Source of the DNA: Bifidobacterium breve
Lineage (GTDB): Bacteria > Actinomycetota > Actinomycetes > Nanopelagicales > Nanopelagicaceae
Length of the DNA: 64,000 bases
Assembly (NCBI GenBank): GCA_945890205.1
Contig: CAMDCL010000003.1
Coordinates: 3,523-67,522 of the forward strand
Direction of reading: 5' to 3'
In this document: piece by piece, positions 9,912 to 19,716 of the stretch
Layout: every line of letters begins with the position of its first letter
Numbering within the stretch: position 1 is the first letter of the stretch
Notes under the pieces: generated by a model
Told to the model about the DNA's origin: nothing
Seen by the model: only the letters and a program-made list of their open reading frames with translations
The model's database searches: none
Program-made: the position numbers and the translations under genes

Positions 9912-11297
9912 TTACTCTGAACGGCTCGTAGACTCGCCGGTAATCTTTACCCGATTAAGCGCGGCATCTAACCGTGAAACCTCAACGATCTCCATGCCAT
10001 CGATCTTTGTATCTGAACCTGTCGGAACCAAGGCCCGTTTAAAGCCAAGACGGTAGGCCTCTTGAAGTCTGCGATTAACACCGCTCACCTTGCGAATCTC
10101 ACCAGCTAATCCAACCTCACCAATGGCAACTAGATCTGCTGGCAGAGCAAGGCCCTTTGCTGCAGATGCAACCGCTAAAGCAAGTGCTAAATCAGCTGCT
10201 GGCTCTGTCATCTTCATACCACCAACCGTTGCTGCATAAACATCTCGGCCACCAACGCGAACATTTGCACGCAGTTCAAGAACGGCAAGGGTCATTGATG
10301 TGCGTGCAGAGTCCAAACCGGAAACAACTCGACGTGCATTTCCGTAATCATTTTCTCGTCCTGCAGAAACCAGAGCTTGAATCTCAGCCAATAATGGTCG
10401 TCGACCTTCGAGGGTAACTGTTACGCATGTGCCCGGAACAGGTTCTGCATGACGGGATGTAAATAAACCAGTTGGATCAAGTACAGATTCGATTCCGGTG
10501 TCACTTAAATCAAAGCAACCAACCTCATCGGAAGCTCCGAAGCGGTTTTTGATGGCACGAATCAAGCGAAGTCGTGAGTGACGCTCTCCCTCAAACTGCA
10601 GGACAACATCAACGATATGTTCTAGCAAGCGAGGACCTGCGATCGATCCATCCTTGGTTACATGTCCGACAAGAAGTAATGTGATATCGCGATCTTTGCA
10701 AATACGAATTAATGCACCAGCAACTTCACGTACCTGTGTAACACCACCAGGTGCACCATCTGCTGCAGAGCTTCCAATTGTTTGAACAGAGTCGATGATT
10801 ACAAGTTGCGGTTTAACCGCATCGATATGTGCAATGACCGCACCAAGATCTGTTTCAGAGGCTAGAAATAATTGTGGATCAATAGCTTTAATCCGCTCTG
10901 CGCGTAACCGCACCTGTGATGCAGACTCTTCACCGCTGATGTAGAGCGCAGGAATTCCCTTTGCCGCTGTTTGTGCAGCAACTGACAGCAATAAGGTTGA
11001 TTTACCAACACCTGGTTCACCAGCGAGCAGAATCGCAGCTCCTGGTACCAATCCACCACCCAGAACTCGATCTAATTCAGAGACACCGGTTGGGCGTGCA
11101 TGTGCTGCCGATAGATCTACATCTCCAATTGGTGTTGCTTTAGCGGTTACATTTCCTGCAACAAGTGAGAGTTTCTTAGGTGCAGCGATCTCTTCAACCG
11201 CGCCCCATGCCTGGCATTCACCACAGCGACCAACCCATTTTTGGGAGGTCCAACCGCACTCGGTGCAGCGGAATGGATCCTTTTCAACCTTGGCCAT
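9912..11297 (-). CDS. radA: DNA repair protein RadA/Sms
   Basis: C4 zinc finger, GEPGVGKS, KNRFG signature, Lon-like C-terminus; TAGGGT(11304-09)-N6-ATG. Confidence 0.96.
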   Translation of the reverse strand: MAKVEKDPFRCTECGWTSQKWVGRCGECQAWGAVEEIAAPKKLSLVAGNVTAKATPIGDVDLSAAHARPTGVSELDRVLGGGLVPGAAILLAGEPGVGKSTLLLSVAAQTAAKGIPALYISGEESASQVRLRAERIKAIDPQLFLASETDLGAVIAHIDAVKPQLVIIDSVQTIGSSAADGAPGGVTQVREVAGALIRICKDRDITLLLVGHVTKDGSIAGPRLLEHIVDVVLQFEGERHSRLRLIRAIKNRFGASDEVGCFDLSDTGIESVLDPTGLFTSRHAEPVPGTCVTVTLEGRRPLLAEIQALVSAGRENDYGNARRVVSGLDSARTSMTLAVLELRANVRVGGRDVYAATVGGMKMTEPAADLALALAVASAAKGLALPADLVAIGEVGLAGEIRKVSGVNRRLQEAYRLGFKRALVPTGSDTKIDGMEIVEVSRLDAALNRVKITGESTSRSE

Positions 11298-11323
11298 GAG
11301 GTAACCCTATGACAAGGGGCTGA

Positions 11324-12136
11324 CTATTTCTTCTGGGCGGCCAAGGTTGCTGGATGCTGAATGATAAATAGTGGAAGTGAGCGTGCCGCCGCATCACGGA
11401 TGTGTTCCATTCGGAGATCACATAAGCGTGCTAACTCAGCGTAGGCATCCTTACCCATCAACAGTTCAAGTTCATACTTGTTTGAGAGGTACACCGGCTG
11501 TGTTCCAACATGTGCATCGCTATTGCTGGTGCAGTACCAATCAAAATCTTCGCCACCATCGCCCCATGCAAGACGCTCGTACTCACCAATTACAGTAACT
11601 GAGTATTCCCGTTCGCCGTATTCACGTGTTTCAAAGCTACGTCGCAATGGAAGTTGCCAACAAACATCTGGCTTTGTATCTGCAAAGTGTTTTCCATCGC
11701 GTTGTGCAACATGGTGCAGGACGCAACCAAATGAACCGGTGAAACCTTCTGCTTCATACCCTTTACGGTTTAGGAAGATACAACCATCTTCTACGCGACG
11801 AGTTTTACGTTCGCCATCCTCATCCTTTTCAGAGATTCGTAAATCTCCGCCAGGCTTCTTTGGTCGAGCCTCGCCGTAGAACTGCCACATCTCGGGGGTC
11901 AGGTAAGCCGCCGCCTTCATGGTGCGCTCTTCATCATCCTTGTCGGTGTACATCGCACCTTCTGTGCAACACCCTGAGTTTGGCTGATTCTTAAAGACAC
12001 CTTGGCAACCATCGCCGTAGATACAAGTCCAATAGGAAGTTAACCAAGTGAGATCACACTTAAATATTGTCTCTGCATCATTGGGATCGAAGAACTCAAC
12101 CCAATCACGCGCAAATCCTGCTTTAACTTCTGACAT
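11324..12136 (-). CDS. Conserved Cys-rich actinobacterial protein (Rv0499-like, possibly metal/Fe-S binding)
   Basis: CIY..GC, GCC..GA, GCIFLNR, GCVLH, KPDVCWQLP, WYC; divergent from proC as in other actinobacteria. Start moved to ATG 12136. Confidence 0.8.
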   Translation of the reverse strand: MSEVKAGFARDWVEFFDPNDAETIFKCDLTWLTSYWTCIYGDGCQGVFKNQPNSGCCTEGAMYTDKDDEERTMKAAAYLTPEMWQFYGEARPKKPGGDLRISEKDEDGERKTRRVEDGCIFLNRKGYEAEGFTGSFGCVLHHVAQRDGKHFADTKPDVCWQLPLRRSFETREYGEREYSVTVIGEYERLAWGDGGEDFDWYCTSNSDAHVGTQPVYLSNKYELELLMGKDAYAELARLCDLRMEHIRDAAARSLPLFIIQHPATLAAQKK

Positions 12137-12175
12137 AGTCGCAGAGCCTACAGGCATAAAGGATAGACTTGTTAC

Positions 12176-12979
12176 ATGAGTCAGCAATCAAAGGTTGCCG
12201 TTATCGGTGCCGGTGTAATGGGTGAGGCCCTCATCGCTGCTTTGATTTCATCTGGTGTTAACCCAGAACAAATAACTATCTCTGAAAAGCGAGAAGAGCG
12301 AGCACAAGAGCTAATTGCACAGTACTCAGTTAAAGCCGCCCCATTAGCCACCAATGTGGCTGAGGCCGAAGCGCTTTTACTAGTTGTAAAGCCACAAGAT
12401 ATGGCATCTGTATTAGCTGAGATTAAGGGTTCAATCAATCCAGCATCGGTAGTAATCAGTTTTGCTGCCGGAAAGACAATCTCATTTATCAGTAATGCTC
12501 TTGGAACCGGCAATCCTGTTGTTCGGGTGATGCCAAATACTCCAACCTTGGTTGGTGAAGGTATGGCGGCTGCATCAATGGGCACTGGTGTATCTGCGGC
12601 GCAGCGCGAATTCATTCTTGGCTTCTTGGGTGCAACCGGCAAGGTTATTGAGGTTAGTGAAGAGCTACAGGATGCGGTCACAGCAACAAGTGGTTCGGGG
12701 CCCGCTTACTTCTTCGCCTTTGTTGAAGCGATGGTTGCAGGAGCTAAAGAGCTTGGTTTATCAGATCAGGATGCAACAACTCTTACCATTCAAACAATTG
12801 TTGGTGCGGCAAAGTTGCTTGAAGAATCGGGTAAGAGCGCCACAACCTTGCGTGAAAATGTAACCAGCCCTAACGGCACAACCGCAGCAGCACTTGCCTC
12901 ATTTGGAAGTGATAACTTGAATTTGATGGTTGCCAAGGCGATGAAGGCGGCCCGCGATCGGTCGCAGGAATTAGCGTGA
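12176..12979 (+). CDS. proC: Pyrroline-5-carboxylate reductase
   Basis: GAGVMG, VKPQD, RVMPNTP, SGSGPAY, VTSPNGTT motifs; TAGACT-N6-ATG. Confidence 0.96.
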   Translation: MSQQSKVAVIGAGVMGEALIAALISSGVNPEQITISEKREERAQELIAQYSVKAAPLATNVAEAEALLLVVKPQDMASVLAEIKGSINPASVVISFAAGKTISFISNALGTGNPVVRVMPNTPTLVGEGMAAASMGTGVSAAQREFILGFLGATGKVIEVSEELQDAVTATSGSGPAYFFAFVEAMVAGAKELGLSDQDATTLTIQTIVGAAKLLEESGKSATTLRENVTSPNGTTAAALASFGSDNLNLMVAKAMKAARDRSQELA

Positions 12980-14166
12980 AACGCCTTCTCTCTTTTGTTG
13001 TAATTGCATCCTTACTAGTATTCCCAACTGCTCAAGCCGCTCCAAAAAAGATCTCTGTTAAGCCCATGCAGTTACTGACAACTGTCGGCACACCTGATGA
13101 GGTCAGCGGGGTAGTTGCTTCAGGTAATTCCATTATTGTCTTTGGAAGCAAGGCATCTAAAGCATATGCACGAGCTGTTGATGCAACTGGCACTGAGCTG
13201 TGGAACTTATCCTTAGACCAATCAGCGGCATCAATTGCAACAGCAGCAGCTGTTGATTCAGTGGGAGATATTTGGATCGCAGGTGCGACGCCTTTATCGC
13301 AAGAATTAATCGCACCTAGCCCAAGTGCAACTCCTCTCAATCCAGATAACGCAGAGGTACCACCCACCACAATTGTTGGCGATTTGAGAGCGATAACAAT
13401 CTGGAAGGTAACCGCAGCGGGAGTCCTTGCATGGACTAGCACCTTGCCGACAACTTCTGTTTTGTTCCCTACAGCGATTGCTTTAGATCGAAATGGAGCT
13501 TCTGTTGTTGGAATCATCGGAAGTGAAAAGGGGAGTGCAGGCTTCTTGGTTAATACCGATAGCAATGGGGTCTTTAGCAAAGTTTTACAAATAGGAGCTA
13601 TATCAACTACCTCTGATGCCGTGGTACGACATGGTGATGGAAGCTTTACAGTAGTCGGATCTAGTAGCGAAACTTTGGCGGGTAAAAAGGTTGCTGGAAT
13701 CACCGATGGTGTCTTAGTTAAAGTCTCTAAGAGTTTAAAGATTTCAAAGGTAGTCCGAAGCTCAATATCAAAAGGAAAACGTATTTGGAATAGCGCTTCA
13801 TCAACCTTGCTATTGGGTGGTGAAGTTGTCCTTGGCAAGAAAGTTGAATCAGCGGTTACAAAGTTTTCATCAACCTTTTCACCAAGCTGGACATACCGCT
13901 TCCCATCGACCGGTCCGGCGATGACAATTGGTTCAACCCATGTGCTCTTTGTTTCTACAGCTTCAACACCACAGCTCAATTGGAGTCCGAAGCTTCCAAC
14001 TCCACTGCTTCTTACCTTTAATTCAAAGGGTGCCATCATTGCCGCTGATAGTGGGCCAATCGGTCAGAAGGAACTTCTTGGAGCCCTTTTATCCAAGGAG
14101 TTAGGGGTTTTGGTGGTCACATCAAGCGCAGAACTGGTTTCGATTTTTACCCTCATTCCGCGGTAG
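12976..14166 (+). CDS. Secreted hypothetical protein, probable beta-propeller
   Basis: Signal peptide ending AQA; Ser/Thr/Gly-rich beta-strand repeats (G.ELW, G.LAW, AAAVDS.GDIWIAG, SW.Y); 4-nt overlap with proC. Confidence 0.7.
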   Translation: MKRLLSFVVIASLLVFPTAQAAPKKISVKPMQLLTTVGTPDEVSGVVASGNSIIVFGSKASKAYARAVDATGTELWNLSLDQSAASIATAAAVDSVGDIWIAGATPLSQELIAPSPSATPLNPDNAEVPPTTIVGDLRAITIWKVTAAGVLAWTSTLPTTSVLFPTAIALDRNGASVVGIIGSEKGSAGFLVNTDSNGVFSKVLQIGAISTTSDAVVRHGDGSFTVVGSSSETLAGKKVAGITDGVLVKVSKSLKISKVVRSSISKGKRIWNSASSTLLLGGEVVLGKKVESAVTKFSSTFSPSWTYRFPSTGPAMTIGSTHVLFVSTASTPQLNWSPKLPTPLLLTFNSKGAIIAADSGPIGQKELLGALLSKELGVLVVTSSAELVSIFTLIPR

Positions 14167-14216
14167 CCTAAACCCCCGCACACTCAGTGCGTACACTAGA
14201 AATGAGAGCGTGATAT

Positions 14217-14315
14217 ATGGGTTCCGTAATTAAAAAACGACGCAAGCGCATGGCGAAGAAGAAGCACAAGAAGCTTCTCAAGAAGACTCGCATTCAGCGC
14301 CGTAACGCTAAGTAA
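14217..14315 (+). CDS. 30S ribosomal protein bS22 (AURKAIP1/COX24 family), not in the ORF track
   Basis: Hand translation [32 protein letters not shown]; syntenic downstream of proC; TACACT -10 at 14192-97. Confidence 0.93.
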   Translation: MGSVIKKRRKRMAKKKHKKLLKKTRIQRRNAK

Positions 14316-14319
14316 AAAA

Positions 14320-16695
14320 TTACGGTTTAAGAAGTGCAAGCTTTCCATTAATAGTGGCAAGCAGATATTTAACTTTATTTACAGTCACCCAAGCGCTCTG
14401 AGTAGATTCAGCGCCTTGGGTGCTGCTAACTAAGCGAATTGCAGCCTGACCGAGATCGGTCTTACTTGTATCAACAGTGCACAATCTCAATTCGCAGTTA
14501 AAGGCTATTGACCTTCCATCTGTCGTCAAAAAGCTTCCTGGTGTTCCAAAATTCTCTGTAGTGATTTTTGAAATCTTGAGTGAGTCATTGAGAAATGCCC
14601 AACGTAGTTGATTTGGTTTAGGAGCAGATGCTGCAGATGCGGCAAGCCAAGTTGCAAAAACTCCAGATGATGTTCTCGCAAGTGCAACACCAAATCCAAA
14701 GATCAAGGCATCATCTGTTGAAATATCTAGAGTTTGATACTGCCAAGCCACCGGATCAACTCCTTTGCGGGTTGCAATTCGAATTGCACCTGCTGTCAGC
14801 TCTCTCCTTTGATTCATAGAAACTATCGAGTCGTAAGCCACATATGTTGTGGAGCCATTCAAGACAGCTTGTAAATGGTATCCAACATCGCCAGTGGTGC
14901 GTCCATCGGTTTTGCGATCACCATCTACTAATTCATACTTCCAGGGTGCACCCTTTGTTTGTACAGCACCCAGCAAAACCCCTTGACTCTCATCACGATA
15001 AAAGACTTGCACAGCGCTGGCATTAGCGACACAAGCGTTTGCAACACTTACATCACTCGAGGTTTTGATACGAATTGGATCCTCATAATCATTAACCGAT
15101 GGACCATTTCCATCAACAATTTCAATGGTGAAGCTCTTACCGTTATACGAGGCGTATCGAAGATCCTTATCAATCGAATCACTGTAGAAAATATGCAGAG
15201 TTTGCTTTAATCCACCTCCATTCACGCACATAGAAATAGCACCCGAGATTGTGTGAGATGTTCGACCACCAGATCCACCAGCACCATCAACGATTTGTTT
15301 CCGCCACGTTTTTCCATTAAATGTCGCGAGCTTGAGATCGCCTCTTTTTGTATCTGTATAGGCAATCGCAGGCTTTCCATTAAATGTAATACTTGCAACA
15401 CTCTTACCATCTGCCGATGAATCCAAGACGGTGCTCTTCCAACTAGGCTGAGGAGTCATAGCTTTTGTAGTGGCTGCTTCAGAGACTCCCAATGCATTTC
15501 GTGCAACCACACTAAATGTGTATGAGGTTCCATTTTTCAATCCTGACATCAGGACTGGACTAGTTAAACTCCTCTTTTCTGCCCCAGTCTTAATGTTTGT
15601 CACTACATACTCAGTAATCTGCGCTGTACGCAGATTTACTGGTGGATCAAATGAGATTAGTGCAGATGAGTTTCCAACAAATGCTTTTACATTTCGAGGT
15701 GAGAATGGAAGCTCCGTTGCGACTCCGACAGGGGGTTTACTTCGCAAATCCTCCATCATTGCAAGCAATAACGGCCCGGGCTCAGTGAAAATTTCACCAG
15801 GATCTAGGTTTGGAGTCATCACAGAATCAACACCTAATGATGAAAATGTTGCCTCATCTAAATGTGAAACGGATGAGCCTGATTCATACCTAGCGGGTGT
15901 GTACATCTTTGGCTTTACCCCACCATTTGCTTTGATTCCATTCGCACCAGACCAAACCAATGAGCTAGTAAGTGCCTCACCTAGTTCTCTAGATGGAGTT
16001 GGAAGATCGGCTAGACGTCGACCATCACTTGTCTGCAGGTATGCATCAAATGGAGTTGGTTGATCCAAACTTCCAAGCCCAAAAAATGGATCGTATGCAT
16101 CATTAGATAAGAATCCGAGTCCATGAGCCATCTCATGCAAGAAAACAGAGCGCAAATCGTATTCTGAAGTTGAAGGTAAGCCATCACCTCGCGAGTTCCA
16201 CTGAGCTGCAGAGTTAACCTGAATGATCATTTCAGGGTTTGCTTTATCTAAATCTCTTCCAGCTAATGAGTTTGCAAGAGCTGATGCATACCAGAGAGAT
16301 GGATCTGGTGCACCGGAAAATGCTGAGAAGAAACTTCCGGGTCTTGCACTACCAAGCACACCCCACGAACTTGATCGACCCCACGATGCATCAACTGTGA
16401 TTACAACATTTGATTTGAAGTTAGCGGCCCAAATATCTACAGCGGCCTGAACCTCTTTCTTTGCCCATTCAGGAAAGTTGTTGTACTTAACATCAAATTT
16501 AGATTGGATCTCTAAGTTTTTGCTTTTGGTGGGAGCTTTTTGAGTTATGGATGGTTCAGTGCCAGCGTAGATATATCCCCAGTTAGTTGCAGGGATTTGC
16601 TTGAAGGTTAATGCTGGCGCGGTTGGAGCTGTAACCAGGGCGAGAAGGAGAGCGCCAACAAGGGCCAGTGGCCCCATTCTCTTTAAGCGCATCAT
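14320..16695 (-). CDS. Secreted zinc metalloprotease with FN3 domain and C-terminal repeat/propeller domain
   Basis: Signal peptide; HEMAHGLGF, SSVSHLDE, SVMTP; FN3 (GLKNGTSYTFSVVARNALG); W....VD / DL.YA repeats. TAGCGT-N6-ATG supports start 16695. Confidence 0.8.
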   Translation of the reverse strand: MMRLKRMGPLALVGALLLALVTAPTAPALTFKQIPATNWGYIYAGTEPSITQKAPTKSKNLEIQSKFDVKYNNFPEWAKKEVQAAVDIWAANFKSNVVITVDASWGRSSSWGVLGSARPGSFFSAFSGAPDPSLWYASALANSLAGRDLDKANPEMIIQVNSAAQWNSRGDGLPSTSEYDLRSVFLHEMAHGLGFLSNDAYDPFFGLGSLDQPTPFDAYLQTSDGRRLADLPTPSRELGEALTSSLVWSGANGIKANGGVKPKMYTPARYESGSSVSHLDEATFSSLGVDSVMTPNLDPGEIFTEPGPLLLAMMEDLRSKPPVGVATELPFSPRNVKAFVGNSSALISFDPPVNLRTAQITEYVVTNIKTGAEKRSLTSPVLMSGLKNGTSYTFSVVARNALGVSEAATTKAMTPQPSWKSTVLDSSADGKSVASITFNGKPAIAYTDTKRGDLKLATFNGKTWRKQIVDGAGGSGGRTSHTISGAISMCVNGGGLKQTLHIFYSDSIDKDLRYASYNGKSFTIEIVDGNGPSVNDYEDPIRIKTSSDVSVANACVANASAVQVFYRDESQGVLLGAVQTKGAPWKYELVDGDRKTDGRTTGDVGYHLQAVLNGSTTYVAYDSIVSMNQRRELTAGAIRIATRKGVDPVAWQYQTLDISTDDALIFGFGVALARTSSGVFATWLAASAASAPKPNQLRWAFLNDSLKISKITTENFGTPGSFLTTDGRSIAFNCELRLCTVDTSKTDLGQAAIRLVSSTQGAESTQSAWVTVNKVKYLLATINGKLALLKP

Positions 16696-16789
16696 GGCCA
16701 AACGCTATCAGTGCTCTGAGCGTGGTTTAAGGTCAGGGGTAGGAATTACCAATTCTCTATGTAAATTGACAGGTAGAAGGGGCGAATAA

Positions 16790-17041
16790 ATGACTATCGT
16801 GACTATTTATAGCCGAACTGGTTGCCATCTATGTGAAGATGCATTAAAGGTTTTAGAGTCCTTGAAAGATGAGTTGGATTTTGAGATTTCAGAGGTAATG
16901 ATTGATGGAGATGAAGAGTTACAACGCTTGTATGGCGAACAAATTCCTGTGACACATATCGATGGGATTCACCACGATTATTGGAGGGTTGATCCAGAAC
17001 GCTTTAGATCTTCCCTTGAAAAACATCGTCGGCATCAATAA
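16790..17041 (+). CDS. Glutaredoxin-like protein (DUF836 type)
   Basis: YSRTGCHLC, YGEQIPV, HDYWRVD. Confidence 0.88.
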   Translation: MTIVTIYSRTGCHLCEDALKVLESLKDELDFEISEVMIDGDEELQRLYGEQIPVTHIDGIHHDYWRVDPERFRSSLEKHRRHQ

Positions 17042-18653
17042 TTTTGTACGAGTAACCCTGTTCAGCTAGAAAGCGTTGACGGTTTTGAGCAAAATCCTGA
17101 TCAATAGTGTCACGGGAGATTACTGAGTAAAACTTAGCTCCACGACCATCTGCCTTTGGACGCAGGATTCGACCTAGACGTTGCGCCTCTTCCTGACGAC
17201 TACCGAAGGCACCCGATACCTGAATAGCAATAGTTGCATCGGGCAAATCAATGGAAAAGTTTGCAACCTTTGACACTACAAGACACTTGATCTCGCCACT
17301 TCTAAATTTATTAAAGAGAATCTCTCTTTCCTTAACAGGTGTTTCACCCTTAATCAAAGGTGCGCCTAAAACCTCTGATAACTCATCTAGTTGATCGATG
17401 TACTGGCCAATTACCAGAACCTGATCTTCAGAATGCTTTTCAACCAAGACTTCTACGACATCTCGCTTAGTACGTGTTGTTGCACAGTTTCGGTATCGAT
17501 TCTCTGGCTCTGCGGTTGCATATGCCAAACGTTCAGTTTCAGTCAGATTAACTCGGACCTCAATACATTCAGCGGGTGCGATATAGCCCTGTGCTTCAAT
17601 CTCTTTCCAAGGAACATCAAAACGTTTAGGTCCAATAAGTGAGAAGACCTCACCCTCCATGCCATCCTCACGAACTAATGTTGCCGTTAACCCTAAGCGA
17701 CGACGGGATTGAATGTCGGCGGTAAAGCGGAAGATCGGCGCGGGCAAGAGATGTACCTCATCATAAATAATCAAACCCCAGTCATATGAATCAAAGAGAT
17801 CTAAGTGGGCGTAGACACCATTTTTCTTCTTTGTCATCACTTGGTAAGTCGCAATAGTTACTGGCCGAATCTCTTTCTTTGCACCCGAATACTCACCGAT
17901 TTCATCCTCATTTAATGAGGTGCGCTTCAGAAGCTCTTCACGCCATTGACGTGCTGCAATTGTGTTAGTCACCAAAATAAGTGTCGTTGCCTTTGCATGT
18001 GCCATTGCAGCTGCACCAACAATTGTCTTACCTGCACCACAAGGAAGAACAACTACTCCTGAGCCACCGTGCCAAAATCCCTCCGCCGCTAACTCCTGGT
18101 AGGGACGGATCTTCCAATCCTTCTGAAGCAAGTTAATTTCATGTGCTTGCCCATCTACATAACCCGCAAAATCCTCAGCTGGCCAACCTAAACGCAGAAG
18201 TGATTGCTTGATCTGTCCGCGCTGGCTTGGAAGAACGGTAATTGTTTCAGCATCAATACGCGCACCTAGAAGTGGAGCAATCTTCTTTGCACGAATTACC
18301 TCTTCAAGTACCGCGGTATCTGTCGTAATCAAAATCAATCCATGTACAGGATCCATCTCGAGTCGCAGACGACCATAACGAGACATTGTTTCGGCAACAT
18401 CGATAAGAATTGAATGCGGAACGGCATATCTCGAGTATTGAATTAATGTGTCAATGACCTGCTCAGCATCATGTCCTGCAGCTCGCGCATTCCATAACCC
18501 CAGGGGAGTTAGACGATATGTATGAATGTGTTCTGGAGAGCGTTCTAATTCAGCAAAGGGTGCGATTGCTCGTCGACACTCAACTGACATTGGATGGTCG
18601 ATATCGAGCAGAAGCGTCTTATCGCTCTGAACAATTAGTGGACCATCACTCAT
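17004..18653 (-). CDS. xpb: XPB/Rad25-like DNA repair helicase
   Basis: PLIVQSDKT, LPCGAGKT, DEVH, LGLTATL, QRLGRILR; Rv0861c-like. Confidence 0.93.
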   Translation of the reverse strand: MSDGPLIVQSDKTLLLDIDHPMSVECRRAIAPFAELERSPEHIHTYRLTPLGLWNARAAGHDAEQVIDTLIQYSRYAVPHSILIDVAETMSRYGRLRLEMDPVHGLILITTDTAVLEEVIRAKKIAPLLGARIDAETITVLPSQRGQIKQSLLRLGWPAEDFAGYVDGQAHEINLLQKDWKIRPYQELAAEGFWHGGSGVVVLPCGAGKTIVGAAAMAHAKATTLILVTNTIAARQWREELLKRTSLNEDEIGEYSGAKKEIRPVTIATYQVMTKKKNGVYAHLDLFDSYDWGLIIYDEVHLLPAPIFRFTADIQSRRRLGLTATLVREDGMEGEVFSLIGPKRFDVPWKEIEAQGYIAPAECIEVRVNLTETERLAYATAEPENRYRNCATTRTKRDVVEVLVEKHSEDQVLVIGQYIDQLDELSEVLGAPLIKGETPVKEREILFNKFRSGEIKCLVVSKVANFSIDLPDATIAIQVSGAFGSRQEEAQRLGRILRPKADGRGAKFYSVISRDTIDQDFAQNRQRFLAEQGYSYKIIDADDVFQGKI

Positions 18654-19707
18654 TAAGTAAATCCTTTATTAGCGCATGTAACAAGTTGCTGCGATCTTCA
18701 AGGGTAGTGATATCCACCCATTCATGCGCAGCGTGAGCGCCATCTCCAATAGCTCCGAGACCATCGAGTACTTGTGCTCCTGCGGCGGCGGCAAAGTTTC
18801 CATCACTTGCTCCACCAACAGATGCATGGCCTAGTGGTGGCATGCCCAGCTCTTTGGCCACCTTTTCGGCACGCTCATATAAAGCCATAGTTGAAGAGAT
18901 TTCTAAAGGTGGGCGATTAAAACCACCAGTAATCTCGTAACGGCAGCCTGGATTAACAGCCTTCAAAGCTTTGATTGCAGCATCTACACGTTGAAGATCT
19001 GCCATTGAGTATGAGCGGATATCGATATCGAGTACAGCTAAATCTGGAACGGTATTTGTTGTGTTTCCAGCGTGAAGTGTTGTTGGAACAACAGTTGTTC
19101 CATGCTCTGGATTTTGCAAGGCGGCGATCGCTAATACCGCATGAGCAATTTCAATTGTTGCGTTAATCCCTTTTTCAGGGTCAAGACCTGCATGTGATGC
19201 TTTACCGTGAATCTTTACTTGGTACATCGCAGTACCTTTACGGCCGGTCTTTACCTTTCCATTTAGCGTTGCCTCTAAAACTAAGACAGCTTTAGCTTTT
19301 GCCGAGATCTCTTTAATGAACTCCTTACTTGTCGCACTACCTGTTTCTTCATCGGTAGTTGCAACAAGTGCAGCACCTGCTGTGATTCCCTTCATCGCAT
19401 ACAAGGCTTGAATGAATCCAGCCTTCATATCAAAAACTCCTGGACCACGAGCGGCGTTACCTTTTACCTGCCACAACGGTTTAAAGGAGCCTTTAGGCCA
19501 AACAGTATCTAGGTGTGCGAGTACAACTACATCTGGATTTTGTGAACCCCACCAAAAAACCGGGCGACCATTTACTTCGCGGATCTCTGCCGGTGTTCCT
19601 AGAACTCGAGTAGCGATTTGATCTGCAAGAGCGACTACATCGCGGCATGCTTGAAGATCTTCAGTTGGGGACTCCAACTTCACCATCGCTTCGAGGTCTG
19701 CCAACAT
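18646..19707 (-). CDS. M20 family metallopeptidase (glutamate carboxypeptidase-like)
   Basis: HLDTV, GPGVFDMKAG, DEE, HAG, GGASDGN, GAHAAHE; TAGACT-N6-ATG. Confidence 0.9.
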   Translation of the reverse strand: MLADLEAMVKLESPTEDLQACRDVVALADQIATRVLGTPAEIREVNGRPVFWWGSQNPDVVVLAHLDTVWPKGSFKPLWQVKGNAARGPGVFDMKAGFIQALYAMKGITAGAALVATTDEETGSATSKEFIKEISAKAKAVLVLEATLNGKVKTGRKGTAMYQVKIHGKASHAGLDPEKGINATIEIAHAVLAIAALQNPEHGTTVVPTTLHAGNTTNTVPDLAVLDIDIRSYSMADLQRVDAAIKALKAVNPGCRYEITGGFNRPPLEISSTMALYERAEKVAKELGMPPLGHASVGGASDGNFAAAAGAQVLDGLGAIGDGAHAAHEWVDITTLEDRSNLLHALIKDLLNE

Positions 19708-19716
19708 GGGTTAAGT

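Noticed and set aside
13032-14039. 335-aa antisense ORF
   Set aside because: Codon-for-codon shadow of the + strand secreted protein; no motif or start signal.
15470-16063. 197-aa + strand ORF inside the metalloprotease gene
   Set aside because: Antisense shadow frame with no independent features.
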